Positions 1 to 10,594 of a DNA stretch of 64,000 nucleotides are shown here, one piece after another (position 1 is the first letter of the stretch; every line of letters starts with the position of its first letter). A program made the position numbers and the translations under genes. Origin of the DNA: an uncultured virus (IMG/VR IMGVR_UViG_3300030001_000223) (taxonomy: Duplodnaviria; Heunggongvirae; Uroviricota; Caudoviricetes). Location: positions 1 through 64,000 of the IMG/VR virus record IMGVR_UViG_3300030001_000223; one strand, written 5' to 3'. Below the pieces are notes generated by a model. That model was not told where the DNA came from. It saw only the letters and a program-made list of their open reading frames with translations, and searched no databases.

Positions 1-2
1 GT

Positions 3-1403
3 TCTTGTGGAAAATGGAACATTAAAGATGGTTCAATTATCAAAAAAGGAACAATATACTGCAATAACTTTGAAGAAGTGAAACTTATAGGATCAAGGAG
101 TCCTCACCCTTCTCCTAGTTGTATATTCGTTTCTAAAAACACTATATATAATGAAATAGATAAATATTTTAATAGTAGTAAACAAATAGTACATATAAAT
201 GCAATAGAAGAGAATAACTTAGAAAAATTATCATCAGCAGATTATGATAGTGACCAAATGCTTCTTAGTGATAATGAAAAACTTATTGAAATTGCAGAAA
301 GACATTCCAAAGATTATCCTGTATCAGTAAATTGTGTGATTGGAAAGAAGACTCCTAGATATTATACTAATGAAGATAAATGTGATTTAGATGTGAAAAC
401 TAGCAAGAATTTTATAGGACAAATAATAAATCAAGCACAAATATTAGAAAGTCATTTAAATGACATTAGATTTAAAATAAAAAAAACAAAGGATAAAAGT
501 ATAAAACAAAAATTACAAGAACAGATAGATGATGTATTCATTGATATATCAACGTTAAATATAATGTCTTGTATAGAAATAGATAAAGCAAAAAAAGAAT
601 TTGATATAGATAATGAATCTGAATTAAATAAAATAAAAGAAAAATATAATAATATTAAATTACCTAATTTCTTTAAATATACAGCAAAAAAAACATATCA
701 AGATAAAAAAAACAAGATAAAAGAAAAGATATTAAAAAACACTCCATATGAAAAAATAGATAAAATTAGTGATACGGATGATATTATTATCAAGAAGAAA
801 GAAAACAATAAAGTAATTAAAGAGATAATAGATAAAGCAATTTCTTCTATGGAGAAGGAAAAATATCATCATTACGAAACAACAATGGATTATTTGGAAA
901 CGGAAATAGATAAATTTACATATAGAAAAATTGATAGACGAGTTGACAATAAAGATAATATTACTAATATACTAGATTTATTAACTAATAAATATAAAGA
1001 AATATTAAAGCATATAAGTGATGCAGACAGAAAGCAGATAGATAGAATCATGGGTTTAATAATAGATAGCGATAAAAAAACTAGAGCATTATGGTGTAAT
1101 ACCAATTTAACAGGTGAAGATAAATATTTTAAAACTATCCAGTATAGAGTCGAATTAATAAATAAACTATCTACTTTTAAAATAAAGTTTGTAACTTTGA
1201 TATCAATTTTAAAACAAATTAAGGAAGGAAAATATAGTAACATAGGAAGAGTTGCATTAAGTGTGCTATATTCTAGTCATAGAGAAATGTTCCTTGAAAT
1301 GTTTAGGATTCAACAAGAAGAAATAGAAATACTATGTGATGGAGAAGATATAGAGTTATATGGAATGTGCTTTGGGAAAAAGAAAACAACTAGGGATATT
1401 TAA
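3..1403 (+). CDS. YonO-like single-subunit phage RNA polymerase, 5'-truncated by the window edge
   Basis: Frame is open from position 3. Contains RSPH, ADYDSD (variant of the DxDGD metal-binding motif) and IEIDKAKK motifs of two-barrel polymerases. Followed by HU and then the virion module, as in SPbeta. Confidence 0.8.
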   Translation, partial: SCGKWNIKDGSIIKKGTIYCNNFEEVKLIGSRSPHPSPSCIFVSKNTIYNEIDKYFNSSKQIVHINAIEENNLEKLSSADYDSDQMLLSDNEKLIEIAERHSKDYPVSVNCVIGKKTPRYYTNEDKCDLDVKTSKNFIGQIINQAQILESHLNDIRFKIKKTKDKSIKQKLQEQIDDVFIDISTLNIMSCIEIDKAKKEFDIDNESELNKIKEKYNNIKLPNFFKYTAKKTYQDKKNKIKEKILKNTPYEKIDKISDTDDIIIKKKENNKVIKEIIDKAISSMEKEKYHHYETTMDYLETEIDKFTYRKIDRRVDNKDNITNILDLLTNKYKEILKHISDADRKQIDRIMGLIIDSDKKTRALWCNTNLTGEDKYFKTIQYRVELINKLSTFKIKFVTLISILKQIKEGKYSNIGRVALSVLYSSHREMFLEMFRIQQEEIEILCDGEDIELYGMCFGKKKTTRDI

Positions 1404-1914
1404 TCAAAAAATATCACAAATTTCCACACTTTAAATAAATTAATAGAAGAATAAATGATGTCAGACGTTGGTATTACTAGGGTTAACAGATATACATATA
1501 ATACGAAACTTCGGGATTATAGGGAGAAAGAAAAACATTTTAATAGTTGAAAAATCTAAGACCGTATAAGTGTATTCTCCCAACACTTATAAAAACAAAA
1601 AGATATTATAGCTTTAATTAGCTTTATTATACCAACGCCTTGAAACATAGGCGAAACACTATATATTTTTTAATTTTTCATAAACATTTCATTTTACCCC
1701 TTTATTTATTTAACTTTTCTCTCTCCTAAATGGACGTTTAGTTATAACACAGATAACTGGCGTTCATTAGAGAGAAAGAGTAAAAGAAATGTAATTGAAA
1801 ATAAATTAATAGAAGTATAAAAACTAATAAACTTACAGTTTTAACAATTAGTAAATATCCCTATTAAGGGTTATAAATAAAAAAAATTAGAGAGAAGAAA
1901 GAGGAGATTTTAAA

Positions 1915-2226
1915 ATGAAGAAAGAACAAGTAATTGAAGTAATTAAGGAAACATTAGGACTAGAAAGCAAAAAGGAAACAGAAGGTAAATTTACTGAATT
2001 TGATAAAATTATTAAAGCAGTAGTAGAAAAATTAGAAGTAGGAGATAAAGCTAAAATTGGTTCATATTTAGAAGTAGAAAAGAAGCATATGGAAGCTAAG
2101 CATACAGATGCTAGAGTAGGAAGAAATCCTAGAACCAAGGAAGCTATCAATATTGATGCCAAGGATTATCCGGCATTTGATAAAGTAACAATTAAAGCAA
2201 CTAAGGCTTTGGGTAAAGCAGAATAA
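1915..2226 (+). CDS. hup: HU/IHF-family DNA-binding protein
   Basis: 103 aa, basic, GRNPRT arm motif, good RBS (AGAGGAG). Confidence 0.9.
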   Translation: MKKEQVIEVIKETLGLESKKETEGKFTEFDKIIKAVVEKLEVGDKAKIGSYLEVEKKHMEAKHTDARVGRNPRTKEAINIDAKDYPAFDKVTIKATKALGKAE

Positions 2227-2240
2227 TAAAGACATTTGAG

Positions 2241-2277
2241 AAGGACTAGATTAGAAATAATTCAGTCCTTCTATTTT
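2241..2277 (+). terminator. Rho-independent terminator
   Basis: aaggact...agtcctt stem followed by a T-rich tail after HU. Confidence 0.6.
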
Positions 2278-2373
2278 GTATTAATCATAGAACTTATATT
2301 AATGTATAGGTTGTTAGTTAATATAAACAAAAATATATACCGTATATATCGGTGGAGGGTTTGAGGGAGAATT

Positions 2374-3855
2374 ATGGGAGGAAAAAAGAATAAAGAAAAT
2401 GAAATTGTAATAAGTCTAAATGGAAATCAAGCCGAAGAAGTAGTAGGCAGTAATTTAAGCATTTCATATTTATCAGATATAGGTAGAAAATGTGTTTTGG
2501 TCGAATTAGGAATGATACAAAATAACGATATGGCTGACGAATATATACTAAATAAGGAAATGTTAAATAATATTCCTATTAAAGAGTCAGATTATTGTTT
2601 TATGCTTCATTTACATTGTGATCATATTGGATTGTTTCCAGCATTATCTTCAATGGGATTTAAAGGTAGGATAATAACTACAAAGACTAATTCAATATTA
2701 TCTAAACCAATGTTAAAAGATTGCATTAAAATTCATGTGAAAAATTGCGAGTATTTAAGAGAAAATAAAGATAAATTTAAAAAGAAAATCAAAGGGAAAG
2801 TAAAAGAATTATTTGAAGAAAAAGATTTAGATAATGTAATGAGTATGATGGACGTTTATGAATTGGATAATATATATCATTTAGATGACTATTTGTCTTT
2901 TAGATTTACAAATAACTCACATATTATTGGTTCGACACAATTAGAAATTTTTATAAAGAAATTTGGAACAAATATTGTAAAAAAGATTTGTATTACAAGT
3001 GATTTAGGAAATACAGATAATTACTCATATACATATTTTACAGAACCAACAATTCCAGTATCTAATTCAAATATTCTATTTATAGAAAGTACATATGGAT
3101 TAGGAGATAGAAATTTCAACAAGAGAACTTGTATAGAAGAAAGAAAACAATTAGAAAAAGATATACTAGGATTTGTAAATTATAATCATTCGTGTATGAT
3201 ACCATGTTTTGCCTTATCTAGACTTAGTAATATGATGAGTTGGCTATATGATACGTTTAAAGATAGATGGGATATGTCTAAACCAATTATAATAGCAACT
3301 AATCTAGGTAAAAAAATAAATGACAAAATGTATGAGGTTTTAGATAATGAAGATTTGGCTTATTGGGATGAAGTTATGACTTGGAAAGCTTTTAAATTTA
3401 TAAATGATAATAAGAGTTGTGAAGCTTTTGTTAATTCTAAACCAAAAAGTTACCTAGTACTAAGTTCAAGTGGGATGATATCAGGAGGTTTTAGTAATCT
3501 ATTTGTTAATCAAATGTTACAAGATTCTCATAATGGAATATTATTTTGTGGATATTGTTCTCCTAATACAATAGGTGGTCAATTATTAGATAATAGTACA
3601 GATACAGTTATTGTTGATGGTAGAACATTAAAAAAGAGATGTATTGTGAAAAGATACTATTCATTCAGTAGCCACGCATCACAAAAAGATATTGTAAACT
3701 ATATTAAGCAGTGTGATTGTCAAAAAGTAGTATTGCAACATGGAAGTAGTGACGCAAAAGAAGAATTAAAGAAATTATCTGAAATAGAATTGAGCAAAAT
3801 GAACAGGACAACAAAAGTTATTTCATCATATAAGGATATGCAAATAACTTTGTAA
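2374..3855 (+). CDS. Metallo-beta-lactamase/beta-CASP family nuclease (CPSF73/RNase J-like)
   Basis: HLHCDH motif, SHIIGS, TSDLG, IESTYG, SSSGM and the C-terminal FSSHAS motif. Confidence 0.88.
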   Translation: MGGKKNKENEIVISLNGNQAEEVVGSNLSISYLSDIGRKCVLVELGMIQNNDMADEYILNKEMLNNIPIKESDYCFMLHLHCDHIGLFPALSSMGFKGRIITTKTNSILSKPMLKDCIKIHVKNCEYLRENKDKFKKKIKGKVKELFEEKDLDNVMSMMDVYELDNIYHLDDYLSFRFTNNSHIIGSTQLEIFIKKFGTNIVKKICITSDLGNTDNYSYTYFTEPTIPVSNSNILFIESTYGLGDRNFNKRTCIEERKQLEKDILGFVNYNHSCMIPCFALSRLSNMMSWLYDTFKDRWDMSKPIIIATNLGKKINDKMYEVLDNEDLAYWDEVMTWKAFKFINDNKSCEAFVNSKPKSYLVLSSSGMISGGFSNLFVNQMLQDSHNGILFCGYCSPNTIGGQLLDNSTDTVIVDGRTLKKRCIVKRYYSFSSHASQKDIVNYIKQCDCQKVVLQHGSSDAKEELKKLSEIELSKMNRTTKVISSYKDMQITL

Positions 3856-3887
3856 ATAAATTAATAAAATAAAAGGAGATAGAAATA

Positions 3888-4223
3888 ATGGCTAAAGCAT
3901 TAAAAGTAGATTATAAAGGCATTAAAGTAGAATATAAAGATGGTGAATTAAAGGGAACTATAAAAGTTGAGAATGAGGAAAATGAATTAGTAGAAACAGA
4001 AATTAATGTAACTGCTGAGGTAAAAGAATTATTAGCTACATTAGAGGAAGAAGATACAATCTCAATTAATATTAAGAAATTTAAAGAGCCTAAAGAAAAA
4101 GAAAAACAACCTATATTTAAATATGTATGTGGTTGTGGAAAAGAAATTAAATCTAAGTTTGAAGGACTTGATATAACATGCAATGAGTGTGAGAATACAT
4201 TCTGCATGGAAGAAGGCAAATAA
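3888..4223 (+). CDS. Hypothetical protein with C-terminal zinc ribbon
   Basis: CGC...CNEC motif; RBS AAGGAG. Confidence 0.7.
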   Translation: MAKALKVDYKGIKVEYKDGELKGTIKVENEENELVETEINVTAEVKELLATLEEEDTISINIKKFKEPKEKEKQPIFKYVCGCGKEIKSKFEGLDITCNECENTFCMEEGK

Positions 4224-4224
4224 T

Positions 4225-4350
4225 ATGAAATGTGATAACTGTCAACATGAAAGAGTTTGTATAATGTATAAAGAGTACATATTAAAACTTGAAAGAAGTG
4301 GTGTAGAAATTACAATTGATAAATGTAAAGAATTTGATGAAGTCGAATAG
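4225..4350 (+). CDS. Small Cys-rich protein (41 aa), not in the ORF track
   Basis: MKCDNCQHERVC...KCKEFDEVE*, starts 1 nt after the upstream stop. Confidence 0.6.
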   Translation: MKCDNCQHERVCIMYKEYILKLERSGVEITIDKCKEFDEVE

Positions 4351-4409
4351 CAGATACTTGAGAAAGATTTGACTATAAAATAAATTAAAACAACTAATTG
4401 ATATTAACG

Positions 4410-5200
4410 AGAACCTTATAGATGTTACAGAGAAGTCGTGAGAAATATCTATAACCTTGTAATATTTTATATTTATCTATGGGTTTAAATAATATATGAG
4501 GACTAACACTCATTCCCCAGAGTAATTTTCAGTTACTCGGTACTCCTTGAGGGGACGTTAAAATAATATTCAAGGCAAGGTTAGAAAACAGGCTCACTAG
4601 CTGAGGAAATTATAATGATTAATTCGGTCACACCCCTGTATAAAAAATAATAGTGAACGCTTACCATTAGTCCGATAGGGACGTTAAATCTATTTTTATT
4701 TAGATGTTATCGTAGCATGCCAAAAACGGAATAGATAACAAGTGTATCTATTAAGCAATAAAGTAAATGTCGTTTCAAGATTAGGTATTTAACTTTGCTT
4801 TATAATGGTTTTATGTTTACCAAAACTTGAATAGGATTGATAATCTGAAAGAAAACATATGATACAAAACGCTGGTCAATATGCGTTTAATAAATGGTTG
4901 ATTGGATTGAATAGATGGAGACGTTTTAGTTGTACCATCGAGACTAATTAGTCACTCTAGATTAATTAGATGTTGAAGATAGGCTTTACGCCAGTGATTA
5001 GGGAGTTGACATAGGTAATTCTTCCGTAGATATATGTAATAGTCTATATTAAAAACCTACTATCAGAAAATTTCTAAGACAGGATTAAGGAAATGCGATA
5101 GCTATTCGTTAACTGGAAAAGCTTCCGATTATATGATACTCGAAGTACAAGAGTATTACCCTATAGAATTAGTGGACATAACCATACGGATAGGGATTTT
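4410..5200 (+). ncRNA. Putative large structured non-coding RNA (or cluster of RNAs)
   Basis: No long ORF, more GC-rich than flanking intergenic DNA, many hairpins and long-range pairings (ggactaa/ttagtcc, ccttga/tcaagg, ttccgta/tacgga, ccagt/actgg, ccctat/ataggg). Confidence 0.55.
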
Positions 5201-5522
5201 AAAAATAAATTAATAAAATAAAGTAGCAATAAAATCACATATATAAATATAACAACCTCCTACAGTTTTTATAAAAATGTGTGATTTTATTGGTGTTTTA
5301 TTACACTATGTTCCAAGTGATGATACTTGGTAAAAACTAAATATAAATAACTAGAATTATTTCCAGTAGCACTCTTAGGATAGTTAGTGCTTTACAATTA
5401 GACTTCCTCATTTAATTGAATATTTATTATTAGCAATACAGCTAAGATGTGATTTTAGGATATTTTCACATTTATCAACAAAATACCTCATTTAATAATA
5501 AATTAAAAAGTGAGGTAATAAA

Positions 5523-6386
5523 ATGAAGAAATTTACAAAGCAAGAATTAAAAGAACAATTAGGTATGACAGAAAAAAACTCTAAGTTAGTTATGGATGCA
5601 CAAAGAAAATTTCCAGCAGTATTAACAAATACTGATGATGGATTTTGTATTGATGGTAGAAAATTACATAGTAATCTAGTTGAGAATGTAAAAACAGGAA
5701 AAAACGGAAATAAAATAAAATCAACTAAATTTAGTGATTGGATAAAAGGAAGAATAGAAAAATATACCTTTGTTGAAAATGAAGATTATATTAAACATTA
5801 TAAAATACCATCAAATCCAGTAATAGCCTACGTTCAAAAATTTGGGAACGCACTGTTATCACAGGAACAAATATTAGAACTTAATTCTCAACAACGTTCA
5901 TACTATGGAATAACAGAAGAATATTCTTTAAATTTAGAAATGTCAAAACAATTATGTATGATTGAAAACAATGAAATGGGTTTGTTATGTAGAAAATATT
6001 TTATTAAAATAGAACAAGCAATAAAAGATAAAATTGAATGGCTAGAAATTAGAGAACCCGAGGCTAAAGGGTATACTGACATGAAAGTGTATATTAATAA
6101 ATGGTGTGAATTAAATGGATTTGATAATTCAGATGACTCATTAACAAAACGAGAAGCTAACTTATTGAATATAGCTTTAACTGGAAAATCGGCTATGGAA
6201 TTAAGAGACTATATTGGATATAAAGATATTACTACAAGAAATCACTTACAAGGTTCAGTTAATAAAGCTTTATCAGAACTACAATTAGTTAATAGTAGTT
6301 TATTGATGGCTAATTTAGATTTTAAAACTAGAAAACCAATTATAGAAGATACTTGTAAGGCTAAATATTCAGACTTGAAATTCTAA
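5523..6386 (+). CDS. AntA/AntB-family phage antirepressor
   Basis: IDGRKLH...KFSDWIKGRIEKYTFVENEDY...EYSLNLEMSKQLCMIEN...RKYFIKIE signature. Confidence 0.85.
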   Translation: MKKFTKQELKEQLGMTEKNSKLVMDAQRKFPAVLTNTDDGFCIDGRKLHSNLVENVKTGKNGNKIKSTKFSDWIKGRIEKYTFVENEDYIKHYKIPSNPVIAYVQKFGNALLSQEQILELNSQQRSYYGITEEYSLNLEMSKQLCMIENNEMGLLCRKYFIKIEQAIKDKIEWLEIREPEAKGYTDMKVYINKWCELNGFDNSDDSLTKREANLLNIALTGKSAMELRDYIGYKDITTRNHLQGSVNKALSELQLVNSSLLMANLDFKTRKPIIEDTCKAKYSDLKF

Positions 6387-6478
6387 TAAATTAATAATAC
6401 ATATATGTAAATTATAAATCGGATTGACATTGAAGTAAATCCGATTTTGATAAATAAAAACGAAAAGGAAGATATAAA

Positions 6479-6691
6479 ATGGGAGAAAAAGAATATCAAC
6501 AAGGTAGTAATAAAGATAAGAAGAAAAAACACAAAAAGTACAGAGATATTAAATGTAGTGGTTGTAAAGATATTATAGATATTGATTTATGCATCAGTAA
6601 TGATGATATGGATTATGTAGATACTACTAAATCTAAAATATATGTTTATTGTGGCTCATGCGGATTACAACATGAAGTAAAACTAAAGTAA
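6479..6691 (+). CDS. Small zinc-ribbon protein
   Basis: CSGC...CGSC, 70 aa. Confidence 0.65.
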   Translation: MGEKEYQQGSNKDKKKKHKKYRDIKCSGCKDIIDIDLCISNDDMDYVDTTKSKIYVYCGSCGLQHEVKLK

Positions 6692-6718
6692 CAAATAATA
6701 ATAAGGGGAGAAATTATT

Positions 6719-8326
6719 ATGAATGAAATATTGAAGAAGAAAATTGAAGAGTATGACAATGAGTATATAGGTCGTATTTACAGAAATAAGTGTGAATACG
6801 AATTAACTAATACTATGTGTAAGAATGCTATAAATGAAGAGCTAGGAACGAGTTATGCCGAAAGTACATTAAGAGGAATTGCTAAAATTTTCAATGAAAC
6901 CTATGAATTAATTCTTGAAAGAGTATTAAATAAAGATAATAATGAATGTTTAAAAGGATTGGAAATAAAAAAGAAGTCATTAGAAGTTGAAAGCAATAAA
7001 CAAATTAAAGAACAAGAAAAAGAGTTAGATAAAATAAAGAAAGAAAAAGAAAAATATGAGAAGGAACTTGATAAATTAGATGCTAAAGAAGAAAAAAGAT
7101 TAAGAGTTATTGAGAATGGTGAATACTATACAATATCATCTAATAAGAGAGAGATAAAAGTATCTAAAGAAAAAGTAAAAGAAATTAAGAAAATATATTG
7201 TGATGAAAATGGAATAGGAGTTTCTCAATTGTGTAGAAAACTGGATATTCCAAGAAGAGATTTTATGTTAATCAAGTATGCTTTCAATATAGTTCATGAT
7301 GATGTTCCTTATTTAGATGAAGAATTAGAATGTGAAGATAATATAGACTCATTAGTTGAAGAAACTATTGAAAGAAGAAAAGAAAAATATTTCTTAAAAC
7401 TTCAAGAAGAAGAAATAAATAAAATGAAACAAGAATTAAAGTCTTATAGAAATAAAGACTATCTTTATGATAAGATATTTGATAAATTAAGCGAAATAGA
7501 AATTAATCCTGTTAAATATAATGTTGAATTAAGACCTAGCATTAAAACAAGATGTGGATTATTGGATTTAGAAGATATGCATGTGGGAATTAAATCAAAC
7601 AATTTATTCAATAAATATGATGTAGAAACTGCATATTTAAGGGGAACAGAATTAACAAAAGAGATTATTAAAACATCTTCTGAACTAGGCATTACTGAAT
7701 TATATGTAAACAATCTTGGTGATAATATTACAGGCATAATCCACGATAGTCTTATAGCAGAAAGTGAAATACCAGTAGAAGAACAAGTTAAAGTTGCAAC
7801 AGAAATAATATTAAATATGTTGATATCATTTGCTGATTGTGGTTTATTCAGTAAGGTTCATTATAGTGCTGTTAATGGTAATCATGGACGCATATCAATT
7901 AAAGAAAAAACTCCAAATGATATGCATAATTTTGAAACTTTTATCACATGGGGAATTGAATTATCATTAGCAAGTAGTGAATATGCAGATAAAATATTAA
8001 TAGAGAAAAACTATTTAGATGAAGGAGTTATTTCAACAGAAATAAATGGATGCAGAATCCTTTCTACACACGGACATAATGATAAATTTGGAAAAATAGT
8101 TCAAGATTTAATACTAATGTTTGGTGATGCAGTTGAAGTTCACACAGCACATTTACATCATAATAAATCAGATGAAATTCATTGTAGAGAATTGTTTATG
8201 GGTAGAAGTTTTGCTGGTACTGATACATATGCTAAAGATGGAAGACATACGTCAAAAGCTGGACAAAGACTATATGTTTATTCAGAAGGTGAAAGAGAGT
8301 TTATAAGAGATATAATATTTAAATAA
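6719..8326 (+). CDS. Calcineurin-like metallophosphoesterase with N-terminal coiled-coil region
   Basis: DMHVG, LGDNITG, NGNHGR, HGH and AHLHH motifs. Confidence 0.85.
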   Translation: MNEILKKKIEEYDNEYIGRIYRNKCEYELTNTMCKNAINEELGTSYAESTLRGIAKIFNETYELILERVLNKDNNECLKGLEIKKKSLEVESNKQIKEQEKELDKIKKEKEKYEKELDKLDAKEEKRLRVIENGEYYTISSNKREIKVSKEKVKEIKKIYCDENGIGVSQLCRKLDIPRRDFMLIKYAFNIVHDDVPYLDEELECEDNIDSLVEETIERRKEKYFLKLQEEEINKMKQELKSYRNKDYLYDKIFDKLSEIEINPVKYNVELRPSIKTRCGLLDLEDMHVGIKSNNLFNKYDVETAYLRGTELTKEIIKTSSELGITELYVNNLGDNITGIIHDSLIAESEIPVEEQVKVATEIILNMLISFADCGLFSKVHYSAVNGNHGRISIKEKTPNDMHNFETFITWGIELSLASSEYADKILIEKNYLDEGVISTEINGCRILSTHGHNDKFGKIVQDLILMFGDAVEVHTAHLHHNKSDEIHCRELFMGRSFAGTDTYAKDGRHTSKAGQRLYVYSEGEREFIRDIIFK

Positions 8327-8344
8327 AATATAAAGGATTAAAAG

Positions 8345-8947
8345 GTGATTATTATGGGAGAGATGTTTCAACCAATAGATAATATTTACAATGAAATGAT
8401 TGTTCAAGATGCGCTTAAACGTAGAAAATTACATTTGAATGATGATGTAGATGAAATATCAATGTTTAAATTAATGTATTATATGGACAAAATTAAGCAA
8501 AAAGATGATAATGAAGGAATTAAATTAGGAGAAAGACAACCTATAAGAATAATAATTAATTCATATGGTGGGGTAATTTATGATTGTATGGCTTTATTAA
8601 GTAAAATAGAAAGATTTCAACAAGAATATAAGTATAAAATAATAACTGAATTAACTGGTAAAGGTATGAGTTGTGGAGCTTTTATTTTTGTATTCGGAGA
8701 TGAACGTTTAATAAATAGTTATGGAACTTTATTATTTCATCAGTTGTCTGGAGGAAATTATGGGAATTTTACTCAATTAAAAATAAGACATGAGGAACAA
8801 GTTAGGTTACAAACATTAATTGATGATTTAATTGTTAAAAAGACAAGTATACCAAGAGAATTATTTGAACAAAAGACAGATGGTAAAGATTGGTATTTAA
8901 GTCCAGAAGATTGTATTAAATATGATATTGCTACAAAAATAATTTAA
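8345..8947 (+). CDS. ClpP-like serine protease
   Basis: IIINSYGG, GMSCG (catalytic Ser), LLFHQ (His) and KDWYLSPEDC motifs. Confidence 0.85.
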   Translation: MIIMGEMFQPIDNIYNEMIVQDALKRRKLHLNDDVDEISMFKLMYYMDKIKQKDDNEGIKLGERQPIRIIINSYGGVIYDCMALLSKIERFQQEYKYKIITELTGKGMSCGAFIFVFGDERLINSYGTLLFHQLSGGNYGNFTQLKIRHEEQVRLQTLIDDLIVKKTSIPRELFEQKTDGKDWYLSPEDCIKYDIATKII

Positions 8948-8952
8948 GGAAT

Positions 8953-9297
8953 ATGGTGATAGATATGAATGAAGAATTAAATCAAGTAGAAGAAATGGAA
9001 GAAGAATATATAGGTTCTGAAGAACAAATGGGATTAATTGCAGTTGATGAGGAATTAAAAAGAATACAAATACAAGATAATCCTAAATCAGAAATAAGTG
9101 AAGATGTTAAAAATAGTGATTTCTATAAAGACAGTATGTCTTATATTGATATTATTGGTGCTGGATTTCAGAAATTAATAGGATATGGGATTGATTATAA
9201 TAATGCAGTTAGTATTTCTAATAATGTATATCAAAATACTATTAATGAAAGATTAGCTAAGATACAACAAGTTCAAGCAGAACAAAATCAAGTTTAA
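8953..9297 (+). CDS. Hypothetical protein
   Basis: ORF tightly packed in the operon. Confidence 0.6.
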   Translation: MVIDMNEELNQVEEMEEEYIGSEEQMGLIAVDEELKRIQIQDNPKSEISEDVKNSDFYKDSMSYIDIIGAGFQKLIGYGIDYNNAVSISNNVYQNTINERLAKIQQVQAEQNQV

Positions 9298-9299
9298 GA

Positions 9300-9890
9300 T
9301 TGGAGAATAGAATAATGAATAATGAAAAGATAAATGTAGAAAAAGTATATGAGGATTATTTAGATGCATTAATGAAAGTGTTAAAGGATTTTGATAATAT
9401 TAGTTTTATACTTTCAAATGAAAAAGCTTTAGAATTGATAGAAAGAATGGAAACTTTAGGTTATAAATTTAATGAATATGATACATTCAGTTTTAAGGAA
9501 TTTGAAGAGTTGTACAATACTGATATATTACTAATTTCTAAATCATATTGGGACAATAAAGAACATTATAGTTTAGAAAGTGCTTATGGTTATGATAATT
9601 TAAAAATCATTGAAGGTCAAGATGTAGTATTTATTGAAGAAGATTTAATTGATTCTGATGAATTAAAAGAATACATTGATTGCCCAATAGTAACTTTAAC
9701 TGAAAAGGAATATTCCGATGAAGAAGATGAGTTAGATGATTTGTATGAGGAATTAACACAAGATTTAATTGAAAGTTTAAATGAGAATATGGAGGATGAA
9801 GATTTTTGTCCACATTGTGAAATTAAAGATATTGTAAGAGAAGCTTATGAGATTGGATTTCAAGACGGATTTTATTGTGAAGAAGAATAA
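9300..9890 (+). CDS. Hypothetical highly acidic protein with CPHC motif
   Basis: ORF in the operon, D/E-rich. Confidence 0.65.
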   Translation: MENRIMNNEKINVEKVYEDYLDALMKVLKDFDNISFILSNEKALELIERMETLGYKFNEYDTFSFKEFEELYNTDILLISKSYWDNKEHYSLESAYGYDNLKIIEGQDVVFIEEDLIDSDELKEYIDCPIVTLTEKEYSDEEDELDDLYEELTQDLIESLNENMEDEDFCPHCEIKDIVREAYEIGFQDGFYCEEE

Positions 9891-10012
9891 ATTAATAGAA
9901 TAATAATCGAATAAAAGAGTAGTTTTAAAGCAACTTAAGGAGGTATTTTAAAACAAAAAGTGAATCTATAGAATTTTAAATAAATTAAAAATATCAAGGA
10001 GGAAAATATAAT

Positions 10013-10309
10013 ATGAAATTAGCAAATGGAATACAATTAACCGATGGTTCTATTTTAGATGAAGCCTTTTCAGAATTAAAAGAAAAGGTGAAATCTTTAT
10101 CTGGAGTTTCTAGTACAGGAGTAACAGATAATACTTATATAGATAGTAAAATAGAAGAAGTAAAAGCTTTAATACCTGTGGTTGATTTAAGTGGATATGC
10201 TAAAACTACTGATATTGCTGAGGTTGTTAATAGTTTGAATTCTTTAATTGAAGAGTTAAAGGCTGGTAAATATAATGTTAGTGTGGCTAATACAACTACC
10301 ACAGTATAG
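10013..10309 (+). CDS. Hypothetical protein (VDLSGYAK motif typical of phage fibre proteins)
   Basis: Strong RBS AAGGAGG, terminator-like hairpin downstream. Confidence 0.6.
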   Translation: MKLANGIQLTDGSILDEAFSELKEKVKSLSGVSSTGVTDNTYIDSKIEEVKALIPVVDLSGYAKTTDIAEVVNSLNSLIEELKAGKYNVSVANTTTTV

Positions 10310-10439
10310 GTAAATTGGATTATTTGACTAAGTAGATTTAGGTTTACTTAGTTGTTTTTTGATATTTATATGTTATTTATTTTAATGGAACTTATTTTTT
10401 TGGTAAGTTGCTAAAGATAAATAAATTAAAATTAAAATA

Positions 10440-10468
10440 TTGACAGTGAATACTCTATGGAGTATAAT
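10440..10468 (+). promoter_or_regulatory. Sigma-A-type promoter of the HNH cassette
   Basis: TTGACA-N17-TATAAT, perfect consensus. Confidence 0.85.
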
Positions 10469-10472
10469 TGTG

Positions 10473-10594
10473 ATATAGGATAGATAAGAAAGTCATGAGT
10501 CTTATTAATAAGTGAGTGTTCCGAAACTCATTTCCTATATTCTAAATAATAAATCGGAATAAATTAAATGCAATCGGAGGTAATAAATATTATG
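10473..10594 (+). ncRNA. Structured 5'-leader RNA, copy 1 (loop palindrome TCATGA)
   Basis: P1 atatagga/tcctatat; P2 gataaga/tcttatt; P3 gtgagt/actcat; P3 loop ttccga is complementary to tcggaa (10554) and tcggag (10574, overlapping the SD). Confidence 0.7.

Noticed and set aside
4580..4645. Possible hammerhead ribozyme (CTGAGGA matches CUGANGA, with a GAAA nearby)
   Set aside because: GAAA does not follow stem II, and no consistent stem I/III with a UH cleavage site could be built
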